From positions 62,001-126,000 of the IMG/VR virus record IMGVR_UViG_3300027985_000843: 64,000 bases of DNA; one strand, given 5' to 3'. The notes beneath the pieces were generated by a model. That model was not told the origin of the DNA and made no database searches. It saw nothing but the letters and a program-made list of their open reading frames with translations. Position numbers and translations under genes: made by a program. Below, in pieces: positions 16,630 to 25,322 of the stretch (positions within the stretch are counted from its first letter, which is position 1; every line of letters starts with the position of its first letter).

Positions 16630-17372
16630 GGCACTTCCGCGTACACGATGCAGGGAGCGGACCACGCGAGTCCCTCACAAGTCACCTTGTTGTTCGGACT
16701 GATGATGCAGCTGCCACCCTCTCCGAAGTCGTTGTTGGCCTCTCGACCGTAACGGTTGGCGACCACGAGCCACGTCTTGTTGCTCTCGGCGAACTCGATC
16801 CAACGGTTGGCGGGGAAGCCCCCGTTACCCCAGTTGGTCGAGAAGGCCACGATGTCGGCGTCTCCCGGCTCGTAGAAGTCGTCCATCCCTGGGCCCTTGT
16901 CTCGGACGTCACGACAGATGAGCAGGCCCACCTGATGGCCGTACAGCCCGACTATGGGCGGGCTGTCCTTGCCCGCCTCAGCCCACAAGAAGTCCTGGCC
17001 CCAGCGGTTGACCTTTCGGTAGGTCGAGTAGTTCCCGTTCGGCAACACGATGGCCTGACTGTTGTACAGCCGAAACAACCGGTCGGGAACGGAATCGTCT
17101 GCGACACGCTCAGCAAACCCCCACACGATGGCAACGCCGTGCTGAACAGCTAGCTCCTGGAACAATCGGAACGTCTCCCCCTCCCCTACCGTTTCAGACA
17201 GGGGGAACGCTTCGTGGAAGCCCATCATGCTGTAGCCCGACAAGCACAGTTCGGGCAACACGATGAGTTTGGCCCCCTGCTGGATAGCCACCAGGATCAT
17301 CCGGACTGCGGTGTCACGGTTGATGGCAGGCTGACTGTACTCGGGTCGGAATTGGACAGCGGCGACCTTCAT
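16626..17372 (-). CDS. Carbon-nitrogen hydrolase (nitrilase/amidase superfamily)
   Basis: MKVAAVQF start; catalytic E (LPEL), K (YRKVN), C (LICRD). Confidence 0.9.
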   Translation of the reverse strand: MKVAAVQFRPEYSQPAINRDTAVRMILVAIQQGAKLIVLPELCLSGYSMMGFHEAFPLSETVGEGETFRLFQELAVQHGVAIVWGFAERVADDSVPDRLFRLYNSQAIVLPNGNYSTYRKVNRWGQDFLWAEAGKDSPPIVGLYGHQVGLLICRDVRDKGPGMDDFYEPGDADIVAFSTNWGNGGFPANRWIEFAESNKTWLVVANRYGREANNDFGEGGSCIISPNNKVTCEGLAWSAPCIVYAEVP

Positions 17373-17959
17373 GACACGTCCCTGGGCATTGCCCCGTCGA
17401 GGGGAATGAGGCGGTCGGCGACCCTCCAGTGAGGAGTGCCCCACCGGGACTGGGCCTGACGCATGCTAGCTGCCACGAGAGTGTCGCGGATGTTCTGCGG
17501 AACCTCCACGTCAAACTCGTGCTCGATCCACGACAGTTCTCGGGAGACAGTGGTGGTCACAGACGGGAACTTCTCAATGAGGGCCCTCGTGTCCCTCACA
17601 TGCTCCGGCGTCAAGGCATCCGGCCCAAATCGAGAGACTCTCCAGATGGGCCGAATGACGATGCCGTTCAAGTCCAACCGGGCCGCCCTCTTCGTGGGAA
17701 AGTAGGGCAGGATGGTGAAGGTCCACAAGTTCCAGCCAAGCCCCGACGACGCAAGCACAAGGTTGTGTGGCTTGAGCCACCAGCCCGTTGAACCGAGAGG
17801 GTCCAGCCCCTCGATCTTCGAGGCCGTCTTGCTGAGCGTTTGGGTTCCAAGAGCTTCCATGACCTGCATGGTCTTGGCTGCCAAGTCATACTCCCCGAGG
17901 GAAGCCATCACCTTGGCTGTCTCTTGAATCTCCGCGTAGACTTGCTTCAAAGTCATCAT
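17369..17959 (-). CDS. Hypothetical protein
   Basis: Long ORF in gene-dense array, preceded by a class B motif. Confidence 0.7.
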   Translation of the reverse strand: MMTLKQVYAEIQETAKVMASLGEYDLAAKTMQVMEALGTQTLSKTASKIEGLDPLGSTGWWLKPHNLVLASSGLGWNLWTFTILPYFPTKRAARLDLNGIVIRPIWRVSRFGPDALTPEHVRDTRALIEKFPSVTTTVSRELSWIEHEFDVEVPQNIRDTLVAASMRQAQSRWGTPHWRVADRLIPLDGAMPRDVS

Positions 17960-17973
17960 CGTTGGACACGAAC

Positions 17974-17986
17974 AATCAAAGGACTA
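17974..17986 (-). promoter_or_regulatory. Class B motif TAGTCCTTTGATT
   Basis: Upstream of ATG 17959; the TAG is the upstream stop. Confidence 0.4.
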
Positions 17987-18370
17987 GCCCCTGATGTCCA
18001 AGAACTGTCTCTCCCACAGCTCGACGGCAGGGCCTCGGTAGAGTCGCTGCTTGTTGGGGTCCGAGGCCATGTGCATCTTCGTGATGGGCAGCTTCCCCCG
18101 ACGCCCGTCAGGCAGGTCCACGTTGTAGCCCACACCATTGGGCGTGATGGTGGCGCGGTCTCGCAAGGACGTGTCCTTGAGGGCTTTCGGAAGGTCGGGG
18201 TGGCCCGTCCGGAACCGAACGAAGGACATGGTCCCAACTTCCAATACACCAAGAACCTCCAGCGTCTTGAAGGAAATTCCCTGGTTCACAGCCGCCTGCA
18301 TGATAGCCCACACGGTCTCGTGAGGCTGCTCGCCCCTGTGGCACTGAAGTGCTGCATATAGTTCTGCCAT
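17984..18370 (-). CDS. Hypothetical protein
   Basis: ORF in array with GAGGGTG SD-like leader. Confidence 0.65.
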   Translation of the reverse strand: MAELYAALQCHRGEQPHETVWAIMQAAVNQGISFKTLEVLGVLEVGTMSFVRFRTGHPDLPKALKDTSLRDRATITPNGVGYNVDLPDGRRGKLPITKMHMASDPNKQRLYRGPAVELWERQFLDIRG

Positions 18371-18378
18371 CTCACCCT

Positions 18379-19878
18379 CTACCTGTATGTCATTGCCGTA
18401 GCATCACGAACAGTCTCATCGAAACAATGCTTACCCCCGAGCAAGAGGGCCGCCGCCGGAGCCTTTATCCGGACCTTCTCGGACATCTGTTTGGAGATCC
18501 GCCGGATGGCCCATTGGGCATGCTCGTCCTCTCGCATACGCGAGAAGTGATACAGCTCCCGAAGGTTGGCCGTTATCGTGATCCGACGTCTGTGCGCGTT
18601 CGTAAGCACGTAGTCGGCGGCTTGCACCGGCGCCCCTCGGCCAGCCAGCGACTTTCGGAGCTTCCTCCAAACATCGTCCGTATGGTCCATGATGTCCATG
18701 AACCTCTCCCGTTCGTTGATCTGATCGATCATCGGCGGCACCGTCACGCCCAGATTGACGTCGTAGGGACCCCATTGCTGGGTCGTCATGCGGTGTCGTT
18801 TGACGTGGGCCAAGACACTGGCGTCGATGACCAACTCGAACTGGAACACCGCTTCCTCGAAGGCTCTGGGAGGCGCGTCGAACTTCGACATGTGCGAGAA
18901 GACCTTGAGGATGATCTTCTGCTTGTCCTGTTTGGGTAGAACAGACGCTGCATACAGGCACCTATTCATGGGCCCGCGACCAGCGGCAAACAGCAATGCC
19001 CCTACGACTGACGTGTCCGGTTCCGGCGTGTAGTTGACGAGCTGTACCTCGTTGAGCGTGACGGGCAAGAGGTACATCTCGACGTCACTGGTGGCAGCTT
19101 GCAGGTCAGCGGCCGCGTGCTCGAAATAGCGGTCTTGCAAGGTGACTCCGTGGGCCTTTTCGAAGCCCTCTTCGTCGGCCAGGATGATGAGCGACGGAGC
19201 CACAGCCTTGGCCTGCTCGAACAACTTCTGGCCCAGCTCTCGGACTTCCGAGAGGGGCGACCGTCTGAATCGTCTGATGATCAACTCCAGATTTCGGGCG
19301 TTGGCCGTGAAGCCCAGTTGTAACTCCGTAGCCAGCGGGACCACGTAGCGAGCATCCTCTTTGGCCCACCCCTCGATCTTGGCCCGGTCTTGCTTCTTCG
19401 TCAGGCCGGGATTCGCTGCCACCTGGGCCGCCGTGAGCTTGGGAAGCAACTCGTGGTAGCACGCAACTTGGGCCGCAACGAGGTCCTTCACCATCTGCGT
19501 CTCGGTCTCGTCGAACTCCGACGGCAGAACCCAGTCACCATCGAGCGTGATGTAGCGTTGGGACTTCTCTGTGTACGAGCAGAGTCTGTGCCATTCGAGA
19601 GACTCAACCGCGAGTCGAGACAGCCCAAGGATGTCGAAGTTGAACACCGCGTGCTCGGCGACCGAATGATGGCCCAGGCCGAACACGATAGTCTTGTTCG
19701 ACTTGCGGGAGGATTCGACCTCAGCCCGGGCCTGTTCTCTGAGAAGCGGGACCGGATCAGGCGATCTGCTGATGCGGGCATACGCTGCGGACAGGGTCTC
19801 CGGAGTGAACTCCCCCTCTCCCGATCTCAGAACTTCGGTGTCGCCGTTATGCCCGGCGAGGATGACTTGCAAGCTCAT
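18379..19878 (-). CDS. thyX: FAD-dependent thymidylate synthase, long two-domain form
   Basis: GHHSVAEH, HRLCSYTEKSQRY, EDARY, NAR; second copy with KRHRM, N.RELYHF.RMREDEHAQWAIR. Confidence 0.9.
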   Translation of the reverse strand: MSLQVILAGHNGDTEVLRSGEGEFTPETLSAAYARISRSPDPVPLLREQARAEVESSRKSNKTIVFGLGHHSVAEHAVFNFDILGLSRLAVESLEWHRLCSYTEKSQRYITLDGDWVLPSEFDETETQMVKDLVAAQVACYHELLPKLTAAQVAANPGLTKKQDRAKIEGWAKEDARYVVPLATELQLGFTANARNLELIIRRFRRSPLSEVRELGQKLFEQAKAVAPSLIILADEEGFEKAHGVTLQDRYFEHAAADLQAATSDVEMYLLPVTLNEVQLVNYTPEPDTSVVGALLFAAGRGPMNRCLYAASVLPKQDKQKIILKVFSHMSKFDAPPRAFEEAVFQFELVIDASVLAHVKRHRMTTQQWGPYDVNLGVTVPPMIDQINERERFMDIMDHTDDVWRKLRKSLAGRGAPVQAADYVLTNAHRRRITITANLRELYHFSRMREDEHAQWAIRRISKQMSEKVRIKAPAAALLLGGKHCFDETVRDATAMTYR

Positions 19879-20447
19879 GATACCCTTCCCTTGGTCCACG
19901 CCTGGACCTCTTTGATAACGTGCTCCCACGAGGGGACCCGGAGATCGTCGCAGTCGATCACCCGTTGGTTGTTGCGGGAGTTCCAGACCATGCCCACACC
20001 ATCCGGGTGAGCATCCATCCAGGACCGAACGTTGTCTGGGCTGTCATCGACGATGAAGTCTCCATCAACGACTGACTTGTCCTTCGTGTATACCTGGTGG
20101 TTTTTGCTGATGTTGAACACCCGAACCAGATAGTTCGAGCGCTCCTCCGCCCAGCTCAGTGCGGAGGTCACAGTACGAACGTCGGCGACCTGTTGTAGCC
20201 TCCAAACAGCATCGAGGGCCTCCGGGTGGGGCTTCAAACGAAGGCTCCAACCGGGAGTGTGGATGACCGCCATCACCAGTTGGAGCTGTCGTTCGTTGAG
20301 GACCTTGAAGAGGTCCCACTCTTGGGGCCCCTCCTCAAGAGTCCACTTGCGGCCCAAGATATCCGAGATGAGCTTCTCCGCCTCTGTCTCGAAGTCGACC
20401 ATCACGTCGTCTACGTCCAACAGGACGCGGGGTTTGATTCTAACCAT
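19875..20447 (-). CDS. 5'(3')-deoxyribonucleotidase (HAD superfamily)
   Basis: LLDVDDVMVDF (DxD) and KSVVDGDFIVDD. Confidence 0.85.
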   Translation of the reverse strand: MVRIKPRVLLDVDDVMVDFETEAEKLISDILGRKWTLEEGPQEWDLFKVLNERQLQLVMAVIHTPGWSLRLKPHPEALDAVWRLQQVADVRTVTSALSWAEERSNYLVRVFNISKNHQVYTKDKSVVDGDFIVDDSPDNVRSWMDAHPDGVGMVWNSRNNQRVIDCDDLRVPSWEHVIKEVQAWTKGRVS

Positions 20448-20694
20448 TCAGCATGTCCTCGAAGTCGTCCAGTTTTGGGTCATCGTGCAGCAACCTCGAC
20501 CACGCATCCGTCTTGCCCTCAGGTCCTTTGGCTACCACGGACATGGCAGCACTCACCTCGTCGAACTCCTTCTGAGTTCGGCACTTGGCGAGCATCTGTC
20601 GGAAGGTAGCGGCCTCGTCGGTTTTGACCTTGCCGGCCTTGACGAGGAATTCGAGGGACGTGAGGTAGCGTTGCTTGGTGTATCGGCGGCTCAC
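20440..20694 (-). CDS. Small hypothetical protein
   Basis: GTG start 10 nt after GGTGTA. Confidence 0.7.
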   Translation of the reverse strand: MSRRYTKQRYLTSLEFLVKAGKVKTDEAATFRQMLAKCRTQKEFDEVSAAMSVVAKGPEGKTDAWSRLLHDDPKLDDFEDMLNG

Positions 20695-20699
20695 GCCAC

Positions 20700-20921
20700 C
20701 TACTTACACCGGCGGTACCCCTGTCTACCGTCTACCATCGTAAATTCTAGATGCCCTTCGACAGCCATCTCTTCGAGAAGATCCTCAGTCTCGGCGAGCG
20801 ACCAGCACAGACCCAGGTCCAAGCTCACCTCCCCGACACACAGGAGGCGACGCTTACGAGCGGCTAGCTCAAGAACCTTCGTCTTCGCCTTCTCCCTCGA
20901 CAACTTCTGGATCTTCTCCAT
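20700..20921 (-). CDS. Small winged-helix-like hypothetical protein
   Basis: Helix pattern ...GEVSLDL...ETEDLLEEMAVEGHL; start uncertain. Confidence 0.5.
   Translation of the reverse strand: MEKIQKLSREKAKTKVLELAARKRRLLCVGEVSLDLGLCWSLAETEDLLEEMAVEGHLEFTMVDGRQGYRRCK
20705..20710 (-). promoter_or_regulatory. Class A motif (CGGTG-TAAGTA)
   Basis: 10 nt upstream of GTG 20694; overlaps the upstream stop. Confidence 0.55.
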
Positions 20922-21171
20922 GGTCTTCCCCGTGCGAGCCCAACAAGGCCAACTCATCAGGCAACAGTAAGCTTTCCAACCCGACGGGCTTGTGATCGTC
21001 GAGCTGGACCACTTTCCGGATGTCTGCTCCCTCGTCGGTCAGCCTTTGCTTGAACGCCTCGACGTCTGGAACAGACACCGAGAAGACGTTGATTCCAGGC
21101 CCCAGCTGCACGATGGGGTCACTCAGGACGATGATGTCCTTGGCGAAGACCTGAAAGGAGTAGAAACCCAT
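20869..21171 (-). CDS. Small hypothetical protein
   Basis: AAGGA SD upstream of ATG 21171. Confidence 0.6.
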   Translation of the reverse strand: MGFYSFQVFAKDIIVLSDPIVQLGPGINVFSVSVPDVEAFKQRLTDEGADIRKVVQLDDHKPVGLESLLLPDELALLGSHGEDHGEDPEVVEGEGEDEGS

Positions 21172-21198
21172 ATCTGTCCTTAACGGGCTATCGATGAT

Positions 21199-22407
21199 TT
21201 AGACCATGAAGGCATCGTAAACGACGCCTGTCACGGGGATGTACTTGAGGTGGTCGGTATTGATCCGAAGAGCGTAGGTCAGGTCAGAGGTGACAGTCCA
21301 CTTGTCGAACAGCTCCTGACTCATCACATCGAAAACGTCGGGAAGCAAAAGCTCACCCACCTTGGCCTGCTGGAACCCCACGAGGGGCGCCCCCTCAACC
21401 ACCAGGACGGAGACCCCCGGCTTGGCCTGAAGAACCCTACCGGCGAGTTCGGGAGGCGTGATCCAGAACAGAGCCATGTCGCCGAAGTGCTCCGGCCCAA
21501 GTTCGTCAGCCTTGATGACCTCGTTGTTCGCCCAGGCTGTGCTACCAAGACGCGCCACCTCCCGGGCGATCTCTCGCACCCACCCGTTGGACAGGGAGGT
21601 GCGCAGACCCCGAGGGACATCGTACTTCAGGTTGAAGGCCCGGATGTCTTGGACCGGCGTCAGTATGTGACCCCTTGCCCTCTTGACCAGGACGCCCTCA
21701 GGACGCGCTTTCTCCGGGTCCAGGACTCCCAGGTCCAGATGGCGGAGAAAGGCCCAAGACGCCCCTCCTAGGGCCTCCAGAAGCTCTTTCGGAGTGTGCC
21801 CGGCGTAGCGCTTGGCAATCTCCCGTCGCCCGTCCCTCGTGACCACGAGGTGGGCAGGGTCACCGGCCTCTCGCAAAAACGTCGTCTGGTGCCCACGTGC
21901 GACGAGTTCCGAACAGACAGCAGCCTCTCGCTGGAAGTCGAACTGCCACGAGGTGACGAACGCCTCGATGTCCGGCCGGATGCGGGGTAAAGGTTGAGCA
22001 AGCCTGCCCGTCCCCTCCCGAGGGACCGGGGCTGGTGTCTCGATGTCCTCGGGACGAAGAACGATGAGCACCTTTCCCGTGTCTTGCGAGACCAGGCACA
22101 CGCCAGGTTCGATCTGAGCATGTTCGTCTGCAAGGTACAGGGCCGCCTCGTAGGCTTCCGTTGCCCTCTCCGCCCCCCACAGACCCGCCAAGGCCGAACC
22201 AACCGCGTCCGCCACCTCCTCCGGTGACTTCCCTTGGTCCTTGGCAGTCATGAAGATCTTCCGGATACGTGTGCTGTGCGTGATGTCCGCACGGGCCTGG
22301 AGAAGATCGGCAGCCGTCGTATTGGCCTTTGATTCAACAACAGGGTTCAGTCGGTTCTCGATAGCAAGAGAACCGGCCGAAGTCGGTTTGACAAGATTGC
22401 CTGCCAT
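21199..22407 (-). CDS. Hypothetical protein (402 aa)
   Basis: Long ORF directly after the AAA ATPase; no recognisable motif. Confidence 0.75.
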   Translation of the reverse strand: MAGNLVKPTSAGSLAIENRLNPVVESKANTTAADLLQARADITHSTRIRKIFMTAKDQGKSPEEVADAVGSALAGLWGAERATEAYEAALYLADEHAQIEPGVCLVSQDTGKVLIVLRPEDIETPAPVPREGTGRLAQPLPRIRPDIEAFVTSWQFDFQREAAVCSELVARGHQTTFLREAGDPAHLVVTRDGRREIAKRYAGHTPKELLEALGGASWAFLRHLDLGVLDPEKARPEGVLVKRARGHILTPVQDIRAFNLKYDVPRGLRTSLSNGWVREIAREVARLGSTAWANNEVIKADELGPEHFGDMALFWITPPELAGRVLQAKPGVSVLVVEGAPLVGFQQAKVGELLLPDVFDVMSQELFDKWTVTSDLTYALRINTDHLKYIPVTGVVYDAFMV

Positions 22408-22408
22408 G

Positions 22409-24007
22409 TCAGCCCTTGGATGTCTTGATCGAGTGGAAGCTCTTAAAGCTCTGGCCCTGAGGGTCAGAGGCGAACCGCGCCCGGATACCGTCGTTCACGT
22501 CCTCGTCGAAGCCAACCCACTCAAGAACCTCGGCCAATTCTTCGGCCATCGTCTTGAAGATGCGAGGCTTCGTCTTGAGCTGCGTAGCAAGGATCTCCTC
22601 GTCGAGGTCATCCTTGTCAGCGTCGAAGGATTCCACGAGAGCCGCCCCGATGGCCTGCTCGATCTCGCGCCCGACCATGTTCTTTGCGTGATCCGAGAGA
22701 ACGGCGAGCTGATAGTTGTCGGGGTTGCGTCCTCGCTTGGCGAGGTGGATCTTCAGGATGGCGACGCGTTCATCGTCCGACGGCAGGTTGAAGAAGAAGC
22801 GTTCGTCCATGCGGTTGACGAACTCGATCGGCATGGTGCTCAGGCTGTTGGCCGTCATCGCCAGGCAGATGGGGGCGGACGTCTCCTGAAGCCAGTTGGA
22901 CAGAATGCCAATGGTTCGGCTCGTGGTGCCCGCGTCACTCATGGCTGAGGACTGGCCGCCGGACAGGCTCTTCTCTGCCTCATCCATCCACACGACGCAG
23001 GGAGCGACAGACTCGATCAGGTTGATGGCCCGATAGACGTTGGCCTCCGTCTGGCCCACGGCCGAACTGCGGAGCTTGCCCATCTCCAGAAGGACGGCGG
23101 GCAGATTCCATTCGTTCGCCATAGCCTTGACCGAGAGCGACTTGCCGCAACCCCATACCCCCACGAGGAGCACCCCCTTGGGAGGCCGGAGGCCGAACTC
23201 CTGCCCGATGGGCGTCCACGAAGCCTTCGTCTTGCCCGCCCACTGCTTGAACCGGTCGTTGCCTCCAACGTCATTGAAGGATGTTGTCGATGTGTCGACG
23301 TACGTGAGCAAGTCCGTCTTGGCAAGCTGGTTTTGCTTGAACTGCGCAATGAGGCGAGGGTCGATGCGCCGAGGGTTGGTTGCGTCTTCCTTCGTCGAGA
23401 TGATGCTCTGCGAGATCGCCATCGACGCTTCGTAGTGGGTCAAACCTCGGAACGCCTTCGCCAGAGACGTCGGGTCCTTGGGGCGCGTCACGCCTTCCAG
23501 CTCTTTGCACACCTTATCGATGAGTTCGACCACGGCGCGGTCCTCCAGCCCCGTGTCGTGCACCACCTGGATGTACCGTTGGAGCTTGGCCGGGATGACC
23601 GGGCGAGGCCCAACGAAGATGATGATCTTGACGACGCGATCGTCCTGGTGAAGTTGGTGGGCAATGTTCAGGAATCGCCGCTGAACCATTGCGTCAGACA
23701 AGAGACGATCGGGATCGGTGAAGATGTAGAAGTTCTGCTTCTCCCGTGGTTCGTCCTGGTACACGCGAATCAGGGCTCGGTGGATGTCCCGAGTCTGCTC
23801 GTCGCTCTCCTGGTGAGCACGCGTGCCCCAGTCGGTCACCAACCGCTCAAGAGGCACCATGCCGAACGCGTAGTTGAAGACGAACGTGTTGTCCTTGTAT
23901 TGCTTCAAGCCCCGATTCAGCTTCGCCAGGAAGACATCTTCCTCTTCTGTGACGTAGTACAGAAATCGAGTCATCGACCTCAAGTGGTAAAGCATCTCAG
24001 GGTTCAT
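22409..24007 (-). CDS. AAA+ ATPase, Ycf46-like
   Basis: Walker A GVWGCGKS, Walker B WMDEAEK, MTAN, N-terminal inactive domain; AGGAGG SD. Confidence 0.85.
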   Translation of the reverse strand: MNPEMLYHLRSMTRFLYYVTEEEDVFLAKLNRGLKQYKDNTFVFNYAFGMVPLERLVTDWGTRAHQESDEQTRDIHRALIRVYQDEPREKQNFYIFTDPDRLLSDAMVQRRFLNIAHQLHQDDRVVKIIIFVGPRPVIPAKLQRYIQVVHDTGLEDRAVVELIDKVCKELEGVTRPKDPTSLAKAFRGLTHYEASMAISQSIISTKEDATNPRRIDPRLIAQFKQNQLAKTDLLTYVDTSTTSFNDVGGNDRFKQWAGKTKASWTPIGQEFGLRPPKGVLLVGVWGCGKSLSVKAMANEWNLPAVLLEMGKLRSSAVGQTEANVYRAINLIESVAPCVVWMDEAEKSLSGGQSSAMSDAGTTSRTIGILSNWLQETSAPICLAMTANSLSTMPIEFVNRMDERFFFNLPSDDERVAILKIHLAKRGRNPDNYQLAVLSDHAKNMVGREIEQAIGAALVESFDADKDDLDEEILATQLKTKPRIFKTMAEELAEVLEWVGFDEDVNDGIRARFASDPQGQSFKSFHSIKTSKG

Positions 24008-24031
24008 CAGTCATTCCTCCTACACACTTCA

Positions 24032-24037
24032 TACACC
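24032..24037 (-). promoter_or_regulatory. Class A motif (CGGTG-TATGAA)
   Basis: Immediately after the terminator; 24 nt upstream of ATG 24007 with AGGAGG SD in between. Confidence 0.65.
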
Positions 24038-24058
24038 GATCACTTGGCAGAAAGACGC

Positions 24059-24094
24059 AAAAAGCCCCGCCCATTCAGGGAGTGGACGGGGCTT
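24059..24094 (-). terminator. Rho-independent terminator
   Basis: Minus strand AAGCCCCGTCCACTCCCTGAATGGGCGGGGC followed by TTTTT, directly after the stop at 24130. Confidence 0.8.
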
Positions 24095-24129
24095 ACGTGT
24101 CCCTTGGTTGCAGACGCGTGGCGAGTAGG

Positions 24130-24459
24130 TCAGCCGAATGCGCCGAAGCACACGAGGCGAATCGTGCCGTCCTTCTGCTCCTGGCGGGACTCGACGGTGT
24201 GGCCTTCCAGCATGCAGCGCTCGCGGATCTGGGCCTCGGAGTAATACTTGCGCAAGGCTCCGAGTTCCTTCTGCGAGTGAATGTCGGTGTCGCCGGTGAT
24301 GCGGCCGGTCGACAGATTGATCTCGGCTCCGCGCATCAGACCACTGGTGATCCGAATGCGGTCGCCGTTCTCGGTGAAGCTCATGCCGGCCGTCTTGATC
24401 GCTTGGACGGCGAGCTTCTTGTTCGTGATTTGCGTCTGTGTCGTGATCTTGTGACTCAT
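24130..24459 (-). CDS. DUF1257 (Ycf35-like) family protein
   Basis: MSH..T..T.IT...L...A start and YSE..I.......G..V...Q..DGTIRLV end; AGGA SD. Confidence 0.7.
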   Translation of the reverse strand: MSHKITTQTQITNKKLAVQAIKTAGMSFTENGDRIRITSGLMRGAEINLSTGRITGDTDIHSQKELGALRKYYSEAQIRERCMLEGHTVESRQEQKDGTIRLVCFGAFG

Positions 24460-24489
24460 GGGGTCAGTCCTTTCCAGCTAGCCGCTAAG

Positions 24490-24678
24490 CTAGCCGACGA
24501 TCCTCTCGTGCACGTCGTCGCATTCGGGACCGGTCTGTTCGTCGCTGATCTCATCGCCGAGGGTGCTGGCGAATTGGCGCACCTTGCTACACTGCGTTCC
24601 TTCTTGGCGCTCCAGGACGTTCGTAATGACCTTGCCGTCTTCCTGGATGATGTGCTCCCACCGCATTTGCTCAGCCAT
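24490..24678 (-). CDS. DUF2997 family protein
   Basis: IIQEDGKV...V....G..C..V......LG pattern; GGGAG SD; adjacent to the DUF1257-like gene. Confidence 0.65.
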   Translation of the reverse strand: MAEQMRWEHIIQEDGKVITNVLERQEGTQCSKVRQFASTLGDEISDEQTGPECDDVHERIVG

Positions 24679-24688
24679 GATGTTCTCC

Positions 24689-25294
24689 CTATCCTAACCG
24701 AATCTTGGCTCCGGGTTTGACGACTTGCAAGCCGTCAGTCTCTCCGCCCTTCATGGGCTCCCATTGATCAAACACCGGCTGGCTCGGTTTCGTGTCGACT
24801 TTTTTGCCCCCGAGCATCATTTTTGATCGGGTTGGGGTGTTCATCAGACCCGGAGGTGCCGGTATAGTAGAGGGCACCGGCTGCGTGTCAGGGGCCGAAT
24901 CCATAGACTCTGGCGGGGGTTCAGGCATGCCGGAGGGCGGGGGAGCAGGGTCCGTGGGGACCGTTTCAACAAGCTCCAGCTCAGGCAGGTCGTCGGGCTC
25001 CTCAGGGGCATCCTGCGGGATATCCTGCGGGCTAACCCATCCTTGTACAGACCCCACGTCCAGGAACTTCTTCGACTGGAACTGAGTGAACTGGGGGTCA
25101 TTAGGATCCATGCGAGGAACATCGAGAAACAGCCGCTTTTCCCAGTCCCGCACGCGAGATTCGAATCGGCTACTGCCGTGTTGGCTTCGACCACATTCTG
25201 GTTGGAGACAACGTGCACAGAACTGGGCCTCAAAGTCTCCCACAGGGACCTTGAACTCGTTGCACTCCTTTAGGTAGTCCTGCTTTCCAGCCAT
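24689..25294 (-). CDS. Hypothetical protein, N-terminal Cys cluster and Pro-rich linker
   Basis: C..........FCARC...EC; preceded by a class B motif. Confidence 0.7.
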   Translation of the reverse strand: MAGKQDYLKECNEFKVPVGDFEAQFCARCLQPECGRSQHGSSRFESRVRDWEKRLFLDVPRMDPNDPQFTQFQSKKFLDVGSVQGWVSPQDIPQDAPEEPDDLPELELVETVPTDPAPPPSGMPEPPPESMDSAPDTQPVPSTIPAPPGLMNTPTRSKMMLGGKKVDTKPSQPVFDQWEPMKGGETDGLQVVKPGAKIRLG

Positions 25295-25309
25295 TTGTAT
25301 AGGGGATCC

Positions 25310-25322
25310 TATCGAAAGATTA
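25310..25322 (-). promoter_or_regulatory. Class B motif TAATCTTTCGATA
   Basis: Upstream of ATG 25294; the TAA is the polA stop. Confidence 0.45.
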
